A stretch of DNA of 64,000 nucleotides from Nitrosopumilus sp. (lineage in GTDB: Archaea; Thermoproteota; Nitrososphaeria; Nitrososphaerales; Nitrosopumilaceae): NCBI GenBank assembly GCA_965238275.1, contig OZ250186.1, positions 1,600,001 through 1,664,000 on the forward strand, given 5' to 3'. The notes beneath the pieces are model-generated. The model was not told the origin of the DNA, searched no databases, and saw only the letters and a list, made by a program, of their open reading frames with translations. Of this stretch, positions 9,545-19,893 are shown in pieces; the stretch's first letter is position 1, and each line of letters begins with the position of its first letter. The translations under genes were made by a program, and so were the position numbers.

Positions 9545-9653
9545 AGACGAGGTTCCAAACCTGCGTGCAGTCACACAATCCGGGGATCGCAGGCACGACA
9601 TATCTTATTCTTCAATGGGTATAGACGCAAATGGGCAGCCAGCCACCCGTGTG

Positions 9654-11096
9654 TAGTTTGTTGCACAACCTCGTCGAACCCATGGACGTGGGGAAGTACT
9701 GCCAGTACTGCCACCCTTCCTACGCCCTCATGATTGCCTCCCGTGCCACGTCCAGCAGTTCATTGTATATCCTGACCTTGATTCCGATCTCGTTGATTAT
9801 GTTCTTCATGGTTCTGGCCATCACAAAGTCGCCAAACCGCCTCTTGAACGCGGAGAATACTATCTCTACAAGCCACCGGCGGCCATAGCCTACCTTCCGT
9901 TTCCATTCCTTTTGGTTCTTGGAGCGCTCGTCGGCGTCCAGTGCGGAAAGTTCCTTGGGCCCGTGCTTGCTGCCGCACAGCTGATCCTGCGCAGCCAGGG
10001 CGCGCGCCCGGCCCTTGCCATTTGATCTGGAATTGGAATTCTGGCGTACCTTGATCAGCGAGTAGATCCCGAGATTCTTGCACAGCGAGTGGATCTTCCG
10101 GGTGTCATATCCTCCGTCACCCAAGACGGCTATGACGGATTCTTCCAGATTCCCAGCCGTGCTTGCGGCATTGATTGCCTGTTCGATCACGTCTGACTCC
10201 CTCTGGGGTTGTCGATCCCCTTGGCCCTTCCTGTCAGATGACGGGGACTGTGCCGGGTCCTTTTTGTCAGCCGACCCTCCCCCCTGCCGGGCGTTCCTGC
10301 AGAGCCTGCCGGCGTCGATTCCGAGGCACTCCAGCGAGTCCTCCAGGAGGCCCTCAAACTGCGGAGAATCTCCCGTGCGTTCGTCAGTCACCTTGAATGC
10401 CACGATCTTTTGCGTGTCGTGCTCGATCATGACGCTCAGCCTGATCCAGCCCCGCTTTACCTTGTGCTTGTGGCGCATCCAATCGCTGCGCGTGGAAGGC
10501 GTCAGTCCCGTGCCGTCAGGGATCAGCCGCATGATGCTCCCCTTGCTCCTTACCTCCACGCATCCCTCCGCGCTTGTGACATTCATCTTGTTGATTCGCC
10601 TGCACAGCGTGGTGTGATCCGGGGCGTCCTTCTCCCCCAAAGCGCTTATCGCCAATCCTTCGCAGGGCCGGTACGCGAGCTTGAGCTTGTACCTCACCCC
10701 GGCGATTGCCATTATGGTCAACTCGGAGTAGTCAAAAGGGCGCCCGTTTTTCTTCTTGTTCATCCTGGCAAGATCCTTGGCAGAATCCGGATCGGGGGCC
10801 AGGAACAGCAACATTCCCTGTTCTATGTACCTCGCGTCGTTCTGGGAATGGGTTATGTGGAGCCTGGATTTCTTCCCGCCTGTTTCCTCTACATCTGCCA
10901 CGTACATGTGGGGGTAGGGTGATCTTTGTGCCTTTTGGGCAAAAAAATTGACGGTTTTGGCGGATTTTTGTCAACCTGCAGTGGCCACATGCAAATACGC
11001 TATTCTTGTCTCCCGTATGCCCGGCAGATTCTGCCTGCAGGAATGCCCAAGGCCACAGGAGTGGGGTGATTCTAGGCAGGGTTGTGCAACAAACTA
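9654..11096 (-). mobile_element. IS5-family, IS903-like insertion sequence
   Basis: 17-bp TIR tagtttgttgcacaacc; TSD cccgtgtg (9646-9653, 11097-11104). Confidence 0.9.
9720..10907 (-). CDS. IS903-group DDE transposase
   Basis: GRPFDYS, APDHTTLCRR, DGTGL, DGGYDT, GYGRRWLVEIVFSAFK motifs. Confidence 0.88.
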   Translation of the reverse strand: MYVADVEETGGKKSRLHITHSQNDARYIEQGMLLFLAPDPDSAKDLARMNKKKNGRPFDYSELTIMAIAGVRYKLKLAYRPCEGLAISALGEKDAPDHTTLCRRINKMNVTSAEGCVEVRSKGSIMRLIPDGTGLTPSTRSDWMRHKHKVKRGWIRLSVMIEHDTQKIVAFKVTDERTGDSPQFEGLLEDSLECLGIDAGRLCRNARQGGGSADKKDPAQSPSSDRKGQGDRQPQRESDVIEQAINAASTAGNLEESVIAVLGDGGYDTRKIHSLCKNLGIYSLIKVRQNSNSRSNGKGRARALAAQDQLCGSKHGPKELSALDADERSKNQKEWKRKVGYGRRWLVEIVFSAFKRRFGDFVMARTMKNIINEIGIKVRIYNELLDVAREAIMRA

Positions 11097-11103
11097 CCCG
11101 TGT

Positions 11104-11117
11104 GAAAAGCTTTAAAC
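11104..11117 (+). promoter_or_regulatory. archaeal BRE/TATA promoter of ino1 (probably leaderless)
   Basis: gaaaagc-tttaaac about 25 nt upstream of ATG 11142. Confidence 0.55.
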
Positions 11118-11141
11118 CCGTCTAATGGCTCATTCATTCGA

Positions 11142-12245
11142 ATGGCAGACAGAATAAAGGTCGGACTGGTCGGTATCGGAAACTGCTTTTCAGGACTGAT
11201 TCAGGGAATCGAGTACTACAGAAAGAACCCCTCCCAGGAGGTGACTGGAATTATTCATGATAATCTGGCCGGATATGGAATCTATGACATCGACTTTGTA
11301 TGCGGGTTTGACGTGGGTGAAAACAAGATTGGAAAAACCATCAACAGCGCCATATACGAATACCCGAACATGGTTGACTGGATTCCCAAAGATGAGATGC
11401 CTGCAACAGACGCGCTGGTCTATGAGAGCCCGGTGCTGGACGGGGTTGGACTGTGGGTCGAAAACCGGGTCAAGCCAATCACCAGTAGCAAGACGACTGA
11501 TCAGATAGCCGAAGATGTCAAGCAGATAATCGCCAAGACCGGTACTGAGATCATCGTATCCTATCTGCCTGTAGGCTCTGACAAGGTGACTGCGTTCTGG
11601 GCCCAAATCTGTCTTGATACCGGCACTGCATTTGTCAACTGCATCCCGTCATTTATCGCCTCAGACGCGGCGTGGGCCAAAAAATTTGAGGAAAGGAACA
11701 TTCCCTGCATCGGCGATGACATCAAGGGGCAGGTCGGGGCGACCATCGTCCACAGAACCCTTGCCAAACTCTGCAACGACCGGGGAACCAAGATCGAAAA
11801 GACATACCAGATTAATGTCGGGGGCAACACCGACTTTCTAAACATGAAGGAGCAGGAGAGGCTGGTATCAAAAAAGATCTCCAAGACCGAAAGCGTACAG
11901 AGCCAGCTTGATACCCGGCTTGACGATGATCAGATCTATGTGGGGCCCTCTGACTTTATCCCATTCCTGAGGAATACCAAGCTCATGTTTATGAGAATCG
12001 AGGGACGCCAGTGGGCAAACATACCCTACAACATGGAGGTCCGCCTGGAAGTAGACGACAAGGCAAACTCTGCAGGAATTGTAATTGACGCCATCAGGCT
12101 GGCAAAAATAGCACTTGACAGGGGTATTGGCGGGCCAATCAAGTCGGCAAGCGCATATCTTATGAAACATCCGATAGAGCAGACATCCGATGTTGCAGCA
12201 AAGGCAGAATGCGAAAGATTCGTTGCCAACGAACCCGCTCCGTGA
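11142..12245 (+). CDS. ino1: myo-inositol-1-phosphate synthase
   Basis: GIGNC, YLPVGS, GDDIKGQVGAT, GGNTDFLNM, SKKISKT motifs. Confidence 0.95.
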   Translation: MADRIKVGLVGIGNCFSGLIQGIEYYRKNPSQEVTGIIHDNLAGYGIYDIDFVCGFDVGENKIGKTINSAIYEYPNMVDWIPKDEMPATDALVYESPVLDGVGLWVENRVKPITSSKTTDQIAEDVKQIIAKTGTEIIVSYLPVGSDKVTAFWAQICLDTGTAFVNCIPSFIASDAAWAKKFEERNIPCIGDDIKGQVGATIVHRTLAKLCNDRGTKIEKTYQINVGGNTDFLNMKEQERLVSKKISKTESVQSQLDTRLDDDQIYVGPSDFIPFLRNTKLMFMRIEGRQWANIPYNMEVRLEVDDKANSAGIVIDAIRLAKIALDRGIGGPIKSASAYLMKHPIEQTSDVAAKAECERFVANEPAP

Positions 12246-12359
12246 CGGCATGCCTGGCGCCACGCGCCTCTCTCCTGGTAAACGCCTGCGTGCTGCAGAC
12301 CGGACCACATCCACTTCCAAACCGTGCCTGGAGGAACCGCCGTGCCACATGACAGCCCA

Positions 12360-12560
12360 TTCAATATTGCATATTGCCCGACAAACGGCCAAAATTTACC
12401 GGTTGTCTACACACACCGTGTCTTGCTTCCTCTGGAACCTCCATCAGGATGCCGCGCTCGGTCATCTTGTCGAGGCTTGACGGCTTGACACAGACCGGAT
12501 CGCCCAAGCGCAAACGCGGAGACCATCAGCAAAAGGACAGTTTGGCGGCCAGATAACCGG
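12360..12560 (-). pseudogene. remnant of a thaumarchaeal secreted-protein domain
   Basis: A minus frame reads GDPVCVKPSSLDKMTERG, resembling the GNPACIFESTAQRLG segment of the serpin N-terminus; no intact ORF. Confidence 0.4.
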
Positions 12561-12854
12561 GACGCTGCAAGGCGTGACGGGTGACCAGTCTCGGGCATGG
12601 TAAAATATGACATGCTGTCGATAAATGTATTGTGAGATTGCTTGGCTGGGTTCTTGCCTGTCAACCCCGAAATTTACGCACGAATCCAGAAGAATTGTCC
12701 TGCTGATTGGATTGGCGGCGCCAGGCAAGAACTCCTTGCTCTATGCAGTTTGAAGCAGTCTTGCATGGCATGGCTAAGCATTCAGATGGTTTTGTGCCGT
12801 GGGCTGCCAGATTATTCAGGTTGTGTTTATTAGCGGAATTTGCGTAAATCTGCC

Positions 12855-13883
12855 ATGACTGGCAGGTTGCCACTGCTTGCATTTGTTGCGATTCTGGTTG
12901 TGACCGGTGCGGTCACTCCAGCATGGGCAGTCCTGATGCAAGTCTGGCTTAACCCTGATGGCGAGTCCTCGCCATTCCACATACGATACCAAAAAACCGT
13001 CTTTATAGAGTATCCTGGAGACGGGCTGATACACGACCAGCTGAGCGGGCAGGAGTGGATGGTTGCAGGATCCGCAAACTCCTCAAACCCGGGCGTCCAG
13101 AACCTGATGGGCCAGATCAACCAGAACATGCTTGACGCAGGAAGCCGGGCATCGGTATCCGATCTTGACCTATCCTATGACATGCATCTCCAACCTTTTG
13201 GCAGTCACACGTCAATCGACTATGACGTGATTCTAAAGGGGATGATGCCTGACTATCTCATCACAAAGGATTCCCAGTGGGCACTCGTTGATCTGGGGTG
13301 GAGGGGACTCAGCGCATATGATCCAGTAGTTGTTGATGGCGTGGAGATAAACCTGCCAATTAGCATAATAAAAGCCCATGCGCCTGACACGTACAAACTG
13401 CTTGCAGGAACGGCGGCCGATGACATCCTTCTCCGGCCGCTCATCAACGCCGACTTTTTCTTGGAGACGCCCATGACCAACTGGCATTTTCTGTTCGATC
13501 CCACCGGAATCGGCGTCGATGCGGGAGCATTTGGCCTGAGTGGGGAGATCTCCGAGTTTGTCTTTAGCAAGTGGCTCATGGGCGAATCCACCCTTGAGCG
13601 CTACAGCATTAAAGTTGAATCCGTCGTGACACTTGACAGGGAATACACCGTCAGGAGCACCCAATATACAGACCGCGCGGAGATTTGGGTATTGGGCTTT
13701 GGCACGCTGGACGTGCTTGACGGCGTGGATGTCGCATACATCTCCCCCTACCCACCCCCGGCCCACCCGTCCAGAGACAACTTTCCGTCCTTTGCCATAT
13801 ACGGCCTGGCAGGATCTGCGGCCGCTGCCGGAATTGGATTCCTCTTCTTACACAACAGGTTCAAGAAGCGGGCGGCCAGATAA
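12855..13883 (+). CDS. secreted/surface protein with signal peptide and C-terminal TM anchor
   Basis: MTGRLPLLAFVAILVVTGAVTPAWA signal; C-terminal AIYGLAGSAAAAGIGFLFL plus basic tail. Confidence 0.75.
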   Translation: MTGRLPLLAFVAILVVTGAVTPAWAVLMQVWLNPDGESSPFHIRYQKTVFIEYPGDGLIHDQLSGQEWMVAGSANSSNPGVQNLMGQINQNMLDAGSRASVSDLDLSYDMHLQPFGSHTSIDYDVILKGMMPDYLITKDSQWALVDLGWRGLSAYDPVVVDGVEINLPISIIKAHAPDTYKLLAGTAADDILLRPLINADFFLETPMTNWHFLFDPTGIGVDAGAFGLSGEISEFVFSKWLMGESTLERYSIKVESVVTLDREYTVRSTQYTDRAEIWVLGFGTLDVLDGVDVAYISPYPPPAHPSRDNFPSFAIYGLAGSAAAAGIGFLFLHNRFKKRAAR

Positions 13884-14245
13884 CGGGGAATGGTTTTCAA
13901 CCGCCCACCGAATGTGATTGCAAGATGCCGGGTGCGTGCGGGCCGCGTGAAAGGCATGTCCAGCATCAGATACGGGATCACAGAATCTGGCAGGACGTGG
14001 ATCGACAGGTGCATGAGACGCGAGTTGCGAACTTTCCACGACGCCTGACGTCAAGGGCGTTTGACTTCTGGGTTATGGGAATCAGTCCGTCATAGTTTAA
14101 GAACCGCATGGTATAACTACACCAATGCAGTCACAAAACTATATGGATAATGACATGTTGCCATGTTCATCGAAACTTATTCTGCCAACTAGTCAATTAA
14201 ACTTGTCAGTCCCTAATTATTCCATATTATGCGGGTGTATCCTTA

Positions 14246-17200
14246 TTGGTTCATATTAAAAAAGTGGAGATCTTCGGATTCAAGTCGTTTGGATTTCGAA
14301 ACACCACCGTCCAGTTTGAGCCCGGACTCGTCTCCATCTCGGGCCCAAACGGCTCCGGCAAGAGCAACATCCTGGATGCCATAATCTTTGCCATGGGCGA
14401 GAACAAGCCCAGAATGATGAGGGTTGACCGGCTGCGATCGCTAATCCATGATATCGACGGAAACCGGCGCGGCCCCAAGATGGCACGATCCAGCGTCCAC
14501 TTTGACAACTCTGACCGGAAGATCCCCGTGGACTCTGATGCAGTCGAGATAACAAGGGAGATGGACAAAAACGGCGAGAACACGTACTATCTCAACAAAA
14601 AAAAGACAAACAGAAGCCGCATCCTTGACCTTTTGGACATGGCAGACGCGGGACTGGGACAGCTTAACGCCATCCAGCAGGGAACGGTGACCAGGATATC
14701 TGAGTTTACCTCCGATGAGAAGAGAAAGGCGATCGAGGATCTGATAGGCCTGTCATACTTTGATGAGAAGAAGAAGGAGGCAGTGGATCAGCTTGACACA
14801 GCTGACCGGAGGCTTCAGATTGCCCTGGCCAAGATGGACGAGGTCAAAAAGAGAATAGACGAGCTGGACGAGGAGCGGAACCAGATGCTTCGCCACGACC
14901 TGCTGGCAAGGGAGATCGACCGGTACGGGGCCGTGTCTGCTGCCAACAGAATCAGGACAATCTCAGACCAAAAGTCTGCCAAGGCCGAGTCCCTCGACCA
15001 AACCGCAGAGAGGATATCATTCCTACGTGACAGGCAGAACACCCTGCGCGCCAAAATAGACTCCCTTGAAGCCCAGAAGACAGAGATGATGACTGCAGCA
15101 GACGACTACAGCAGGGCAAAGTCATCCCTTGACACACAGATAAGCACTGCCCGGGAACGGTACGAGGCTGACAGCGGTGCTGTGGGGACGGCCAAAAGGA
15201 GGATTGCGCAGATAAACTCCCGGACCCCTGCAATCAAGACCGAGCTTGAAGGGATCAGCGGCGCCAGGGCCGGCCTTGAGGCCAAGATCCAAAATGTCCG
15301 CAGATCCATCGATGCGATCGCCGCCCAGACCCGCAAAGCCGACGAGGCCCTCAAGGCGATAGATTCCCAGAGGGACACGATTCTTGACCGCCAGTCCACG
15401 GCTGCCGCCAAAAAATCCAAGACCGACGAGAAGATCAAGGGCCTGACGGCGCAGCTAAACCAGGAGAAACTGAGCCTCTCCAAGATCACCTACGAACGCG
15501 ACGAATCCGACAAAAGAATCAGCACAAATCTTGCAAAACTGGACAGCATGGAAAAAGCAATCTCTGACCTGACTGCCAGCAAGATCCGACTGGAATCCAT
15601 GATGACAAGCCATGACGAGACGATCCAGGGGCACAAATCCCGCATTGGAAAGATGCACAGTACAAGATCAAGGGTGAGCCGGGACATGGAGGAACTGGGA
15701 ATAATACTGGAAAAATCCAACAAGGCTGCCATCCAGTACGAGTCAAGGATTAAGATGATCCGGAATCTGATGCATGAGGACTATACTATTGCAAAACTCA
15801 AGGCCGACGCATCCAGGCTGGGCATCGAGGGACTGGTCTATGAGATGATCACCTGGGACAAAAAGTACGAACGCCCGGTCCTTGCCGTCGGCTCTGACTG
15901 GATCAAGGCCATCGTGGTAAACGATTTTGCAACCCTGCTCGGAATTGCAGAGGTTGCAAAGAGCAGAAAGCTTCCAAAACTCAAGATCATCCCGCTGGAT
16001 GCAATCCCAAAACTTGATTTTGAACCTCCCAAAAGACCCGGGGTCCTAGGCGTCCTTGCCGACTATGTCAGGTGTGATGCTGCGCACTCTGCACTCAAAA
16101 CCCTTCTCTTCGGGAGCGTGATCCTGACTGACGGCAGGGATTCTGCCTTTGCCCTCTCGCAGGAGGGATACAAGGCAGTGACCCTGGACGGGGAATACTT
16201 TGAGGCAGACAACGGGGCAGTCGTAATAGAGATAAACTCCAAGATCTCAAAACTGACCAAGCTGATATCCATGAGCAGCGACATAGACGGCCTCTTTGAG
16301 TCCATCGGGCTGATCAAGAGGTACCTGGACAGAAAGAGGCGCCACCTGAGGAGGCTTGAGGGCTCCATCCAGTCAAGCACAGAGAACCTCTCGGCCTCTG
16401 AGACGTCCCTTGCCGCCATCGGCGAGAACCACTCCCACCTCCAGTCCGGCATCCCCTCTAAGATCGAGGCAAAAAAGATACTTGAGGAGCAGACCTCCGG
16501 GATGCGTTCCAGAATATCTGCGGCCGCATCCGAAACATCTGCCTGCAAGTCGCGCATCGATTCCCTGCAAAAGAGCGTCTCCCTGGCAGAAGCAGACTAT
16601 ACAGACGGCCAGCAGACGCTGATTGCCGCCGAACTTGCCGAAACCAACAAAAAAAAGATGGCCGCAGAACAGCTCCACACCCAAATATCCGGACAACACC
16701 GCGAGGAGTCCTCCCGGCTGGCAGTGCTCCAGGTCCAGACAAGCCGTGAAACATCCAGGTCTGGCATTCTGGACTCTGAGGCAGAATCCCTGGCATCAGA
16801 ACTGCAGGATCTGCATGGGAAGATCCAAAAACTAGAGGCCGGCATGGCCTCAGAAAACAAGGTCCTCGTAGGACTCAGGGAGCAGGAGCAGAACCTCATT
16901 GCCACATCCGGCTCGTCAATAGGCAGGCTCAAAGAGTATGACACCCAGATCAAGGCGCTCCTGACAGATGAGCAGGGCGTGTCCAGAGAGACTGCCGCGC
17001 TGGAGCGCCGCTCAGACTCCCTGACGCGTGATCTGCAGGAGCTGACCGAGGCAGAGGCCGACCTGCAAAAGATCCTTGATGCGTTCGGGCTTGACCGGGA
17101 TGCAGAAGTCTTTGATGTCGGCCCGGTCCTTGAGGGGCTTGAGGCAGAGATTGGCTCCCTTACGGCGCTGAACGCAAAGGCCCCCGAGACATACCTTGCA

Positions 17201-17767
17201 GTCACGGGCGGATACCGCTCCATGTCGGCAAGAAAGAACTCCCTTGAGGAGGAGCGAAACTCGATAGTCGCCTTCATTGAGAACGTCGAAAGGGACAAGC
17301 GCCAGACGTTCCTTGACGCCTTTGACCTGGTGGACAGGGAGATCCGCCTGATCTTCAACAAGATGACCGGCGGAAACGCATGGATGGAACTGCAAAACGA
17401 AGACGACATATTCAGCTCCGGCATCTCATACCTCATCCAGTTCCCCGACAAGCCAAAGAGGGAGTCCACCTCAATCAGCGGCGGCGAGAAGACGCTTGCC
17501 GCCATCGTCTTTGTACTGGCACTTCAAAAACTCAAGCCGTCGCCGTTTTATCTGCTCGACGAAGTCGACGCGCACCTTGATGCGCCAAACTCCGAGAGGC
17601 TCTCAAAGATACTGGAGGAGAGATCCCGAAAGAGCCAGTTCATCATGGTCTCCCTCAAGGACTCCGTGGTCCAGAAGGCGGGGCTGATTTATGGCGTATT
17701 TCCAAAGAACGGCGTCTCCCACGTGGTCGTGTACAAGGACAAGCGCGTGCCGTCTGTCCGGGCCTAG
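14246..17767 (+). CDS. smc: chromosome segregation protein SMC
   Basis: FKSF, GPNGSGKSN Walker A, long coiled coils with hinge, ISGGEK signature, LDEVDAHLD. Confidence 0.97.
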   Translation: MVHIKKVEIFGFKSFGFRNTTVQFEPGLVSISGPNGSGKSNILDAIIFAMGENKPRMMRVDRLRSLIHDIDGNRRGPKMARSSVHFDNSDRKIPVDSDAVEITREMDKNGENTYYLNKKKTNRSRILDLLDMADAGLGQLNAIQQGTVTRISEFTSDEKRKAIEDLIGLSYFDEKKKEAVDQLDTADRRLQIALAKMDEVKKRIDELDEERNQMLRHDLLAREIDRYGAVSAANRIRTISDQKSAKAESLDQTAERISFLRDRQNTLRAKIDSLEAQKTEMMTAADDYSRAKSSLDTQISTARERYEADSGAVGTAKRRIAQINSRTPAIKTELEGISGARAGLEAKIQNVRRSIDAIAAQTRKADEALKAIDSQRDTILDRQSTAAAKKSKTDEKIKGLTAQLNQEKLSLSKITYERDESDKRISTNLAKLDSMEKAISDLTASKIRLESMMTSHDETIQGHKSRIGKMHSTRSRVSRDMEELGIILEKSNKAAIQYESRIKMIRNLMHEDYTIAKLKADASRLGIEGLVYEMITWDKKYERPVLAVGSDWIKAIVVNDFATLLGIAEVAKSRKLPKLKIIPLDAIPKLDFEPPKRPGVLGVLADYVRCDAAHSALKTLLFGSVILTDGRDSAFALSQEGYKAVTLDGEYFEADNGAVVIEINSKISKLTKLISMSSDIDGLFESIGLIKRYLDRKRRHLRRLEGSIQSSTENLSASETSLAAIGENHSHLQSGIPSKIEAKKILEEQTSGMRSRISAAASETSACKSRIDSLQKSVSLAEADYTDGQQTLIAAELAETNKKKMAAEQLHTQISGQHREESSRLAVLQVQTSRETSRSGILDSEAESLASELQDLHGKIQKLEAGMASENKVLVGLREQEQNLIATSGSSIGRLKEYDTQIKALLTDEQGVSRETAALERRSDSLTRDLQELTEAEADLQKILDAFGLDRDAEVFDVGPVLEGLEAEIGSLTALNAKAPETYLAVTGGYRSMSARKNSLEEERNSIVAFIENVERDKRQTFLDAFDLVDREIRLIFNKMTGGNAWMELQNEDDIFSSGISYLIQFPDKPKRESTSISGGEKTLAAIVFVLALQKLKPSPFYLLDEVDAHLDAPNSERLSKILEERSRKSQFIMVSLKDSVVQKAGLIYGVFPKNGVSHVVVYKDKRVPSVRA

Positions 17768-18747
17768 CCAATATCCACATAGCATGCGGCAAGGTGGCGG
17801 CCGTCTTCTGTCCCCTCCAGGTCAGGCTCCTTGACGCACTTTTCCATGGCATAGGGACACCTTGACCTGAACCTGCATCCTCCCGACACGCCTTCCTCCG
17901 GGGGCTCCTTGATCCTGATCCTCTTCTCCAGGTGCCGGTTCTCGGGATCGGGATCCGATATCGCATCAATGAGGGCCTGCGTGTACGGGTGCCTGGGACT
18001 CAGCAGCACCCTGTCTATGGGCCCCATCTCAACGATCTTTCCCCTGTACAGGATGCCTATGTCCTGCCCGAAATACCTGGCAGTCGCAAGGTCGTGCGTA
18101 ATGTATATGAACGATATCTTGTGCTTTTCCTGCAGCTGGCGCATCAGCTCAAGCATCTCTATCCTTATGGAGACATCCAGCATCGAGACCGGCTCGTCTG
18201 CAATAATCACCTTGGGCTTTAGCGCCAGCGCCCTTGCCAGCACGACCCTCTGCCTCTGTCCGCCTGAGAGCATGTGGGGGTACTTTGCCATGACGTCTTC
18301 TGGCGCCATCCTCACCTCCCGGAGCACCTGGACGACCCTCCGGCGCCGCTCCTCCCCGTCCCCCATCTTGTGGATCTCAAGCGGCTCTGCCACTATGCTG
18401 CCCACCTTCATCCTGGGGTTGATGGAGTCGTACGGGTCCTGGTGAACCATCTGGCAGCCCATCCTGATCTCCTCCAGGCCCTTCCGGGTGTGCCGGACTG
18501 CCTTGCCGTCAAAAAAGACCTCCCCCGAGTCCGGCTGCAGCGATCCCAGTATCAGGCGCGCTATGGTGGACTTTCCCGAGCCGGACTCGCCTGCCAGCAC
18601 CAGCACCTTTCCGCCCTCAAGCGTAAACGACACGTCATCGACTGCCCTGATCTCGGGAGTCGCGGATCTAAACATTCCCCGCTTGACAAAATACTTCTTT
18701 AGATGCTCGACTTTTAGAATCTCGCCCAACACCACTGATCCTGGCAT
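17764..18747 (-). CDS. oligo/dipeptide ABC transporter ATP-binding subunit
   Basis: GESGSGKST, LSGGQRQR, ADEP, HPYT and C-terminal GCRFRSRCPYA. Confidence 0.93.
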   Translation of the reverse strand: MPGSVVLGEILKVEHLKKYFVKRGMFRSATPEIRAVDDVSFTLEGGKVLVLAGESGSGKSTIARLILGSLQPDSGEVFFDGKAVRHTRKGLEEIRMGCQMVHQDPYDSINPRMKVGSIVAEPLEIHKMGDGEERRRRVVQVLREVRMAPEDVMAKYPHMLSGGQRQRVVLARALALKPKVIIADEPVSMLDVSIRIEMLELMRQLQEKHKISFIYITHDLATARYFGQDIGILYRGKIVEMGPIDRVLLSPRHPYTQALIDAISDPDPENRHLEKRIRIKEPPEEGVSGGCRFRSRCPYAMEKCVKEPDLEGTEDGRHLAACYVDIG

Positions 18748-18852
18748 TCCCGTATATCAAGAGAATGGTCAGACGACGACTACTACTACTACTTCCGGCA
18801 GCCATGCTGTACGTGGCAAGGAATTTATGTAAAGCAGAAACCGCCTTATTAC

Positions 18853-19893
18853 TTGAATGTGACAACCCAGAAGGGCAGGTACAAAAAATATATCGTGGAC
18901 TCGCGGCTCCGGTACTTCAAGCCGCACTCGACTAAGATAACACGGACGTTTGCCCAGGAGGTGTCATCAGGGCTGAGGGATGCGCCGAGGTCAATCCCGC
19001 CGATGTTCTTTTACGACCTGAAGGGCTCGGATATCTTCGAGGAGATATGCGCCCTGCCAGAATACTACGTTACCCGGACGGAGGTCGGCATACTGGCCGG
19101 ACTCCAAAAGGATCTGCCGTCGTACATCGACGGTCCGGTAAGGGTCGTGGAGCTTGGCAGCGGCATGTCCGTCAAGACCCGGACGATCCTTGACGCCGTC
19201 GCCGGCATGCAGGAAGTAGTGGAGTACCTTCCAATCGACGTGTCTGACATCCTTGCAGAAAGTTCCGAGCAGCTGCTGCGCGACTACGACTGCCTGAGCA
19301 TCACCGGAATCATCGACACCTACGAGGGGGGGCTGGAGTTTCTCAGGGACTATGGCGGCAAGAGAAACCTCATACTGTTTCTCGGCTCCAGCTTTGGAAA
19401 CTTCTCACCCGAGGGGGGAGAGAAATTCCTGCGCGACGTGGGCCGCATGATGCGGCCAGGGGATCTCTTCATGATCGGGCTGGACCTTGTAAAGGACAAA
19501 AAGGTGCTAGAGTCTGCCTACGACGACTCCCATGGAGTGACTGCCCGGTTCAATCTCAACATGCTCTCTCGGATAAACGACGAGCTTGACGCGGACTTTG
19601 ACCTGCAAAACTTTGCCCACCACTCAGTCTACAATGAACGGGAGCAGAGAATCGAGATGTACCTCAAGTCGCTTCTCAACCAGCCCGTGGTGATCTCAGA
19701 GTGCGGCCTGAAGATTGATCTCAGGAAGGGCGAATTAATCCACACCGAATACTCCCACAAGTTCACGCTGCCGCAGATCAGAGGACTCCTCGAGGGTGCC
19801 GGATTTCAGGCTAGGCGCGTGTGGCTTGACGATGACTGCTACTTTTCAGTCACCCTGGCATCCAAGCTACTACCCGGCGCACCGGAATCCTGA
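18853..19893 (+). CDS. egtD: L-histidine N-alpha-methyltransferase
   Basis: FFYD..GS.IFEEIC.LPEYY, ELGSG, AYDD..GVTA.FN.N, IHTEYSHK motifs. Confidence 0.93.
   Translation: MNVTTQKGRYKKYIVDSRLRYFKPHSTKITRTFAQEVSSGLRDAPRSIPPMFFYDLKGSDIFEEICALPEYYVTRTEVGILAGLQKDLPSYIDGPVRVVELGSGMSVKTRTILDAVAGMQEVVEYLPIDVSDILAESSEQLLRDYDCLSITGIIDTYEGGLEFLRDYGGKRNLILFLGSSFGNFSPEGGEKFLRDVGRMMRPGDLFMIGLDLVKDKKVLESAYDDSHGVTARFNLNMLSRINDELDADFDLQNFAHHSVYNEREQRIEMYLKSLLNQPVVISECGLKIDLRKGELIHTEYSHKFTLPQIRGLLEGAGFQARRVWLDDDCYFSVTLASKLLPGAPES

Noticed and set aside
13930-14050. Short frame RYGITESGR resembling a winged-helix tail
   Set aside because: Too short, no start or context; cannot be supported
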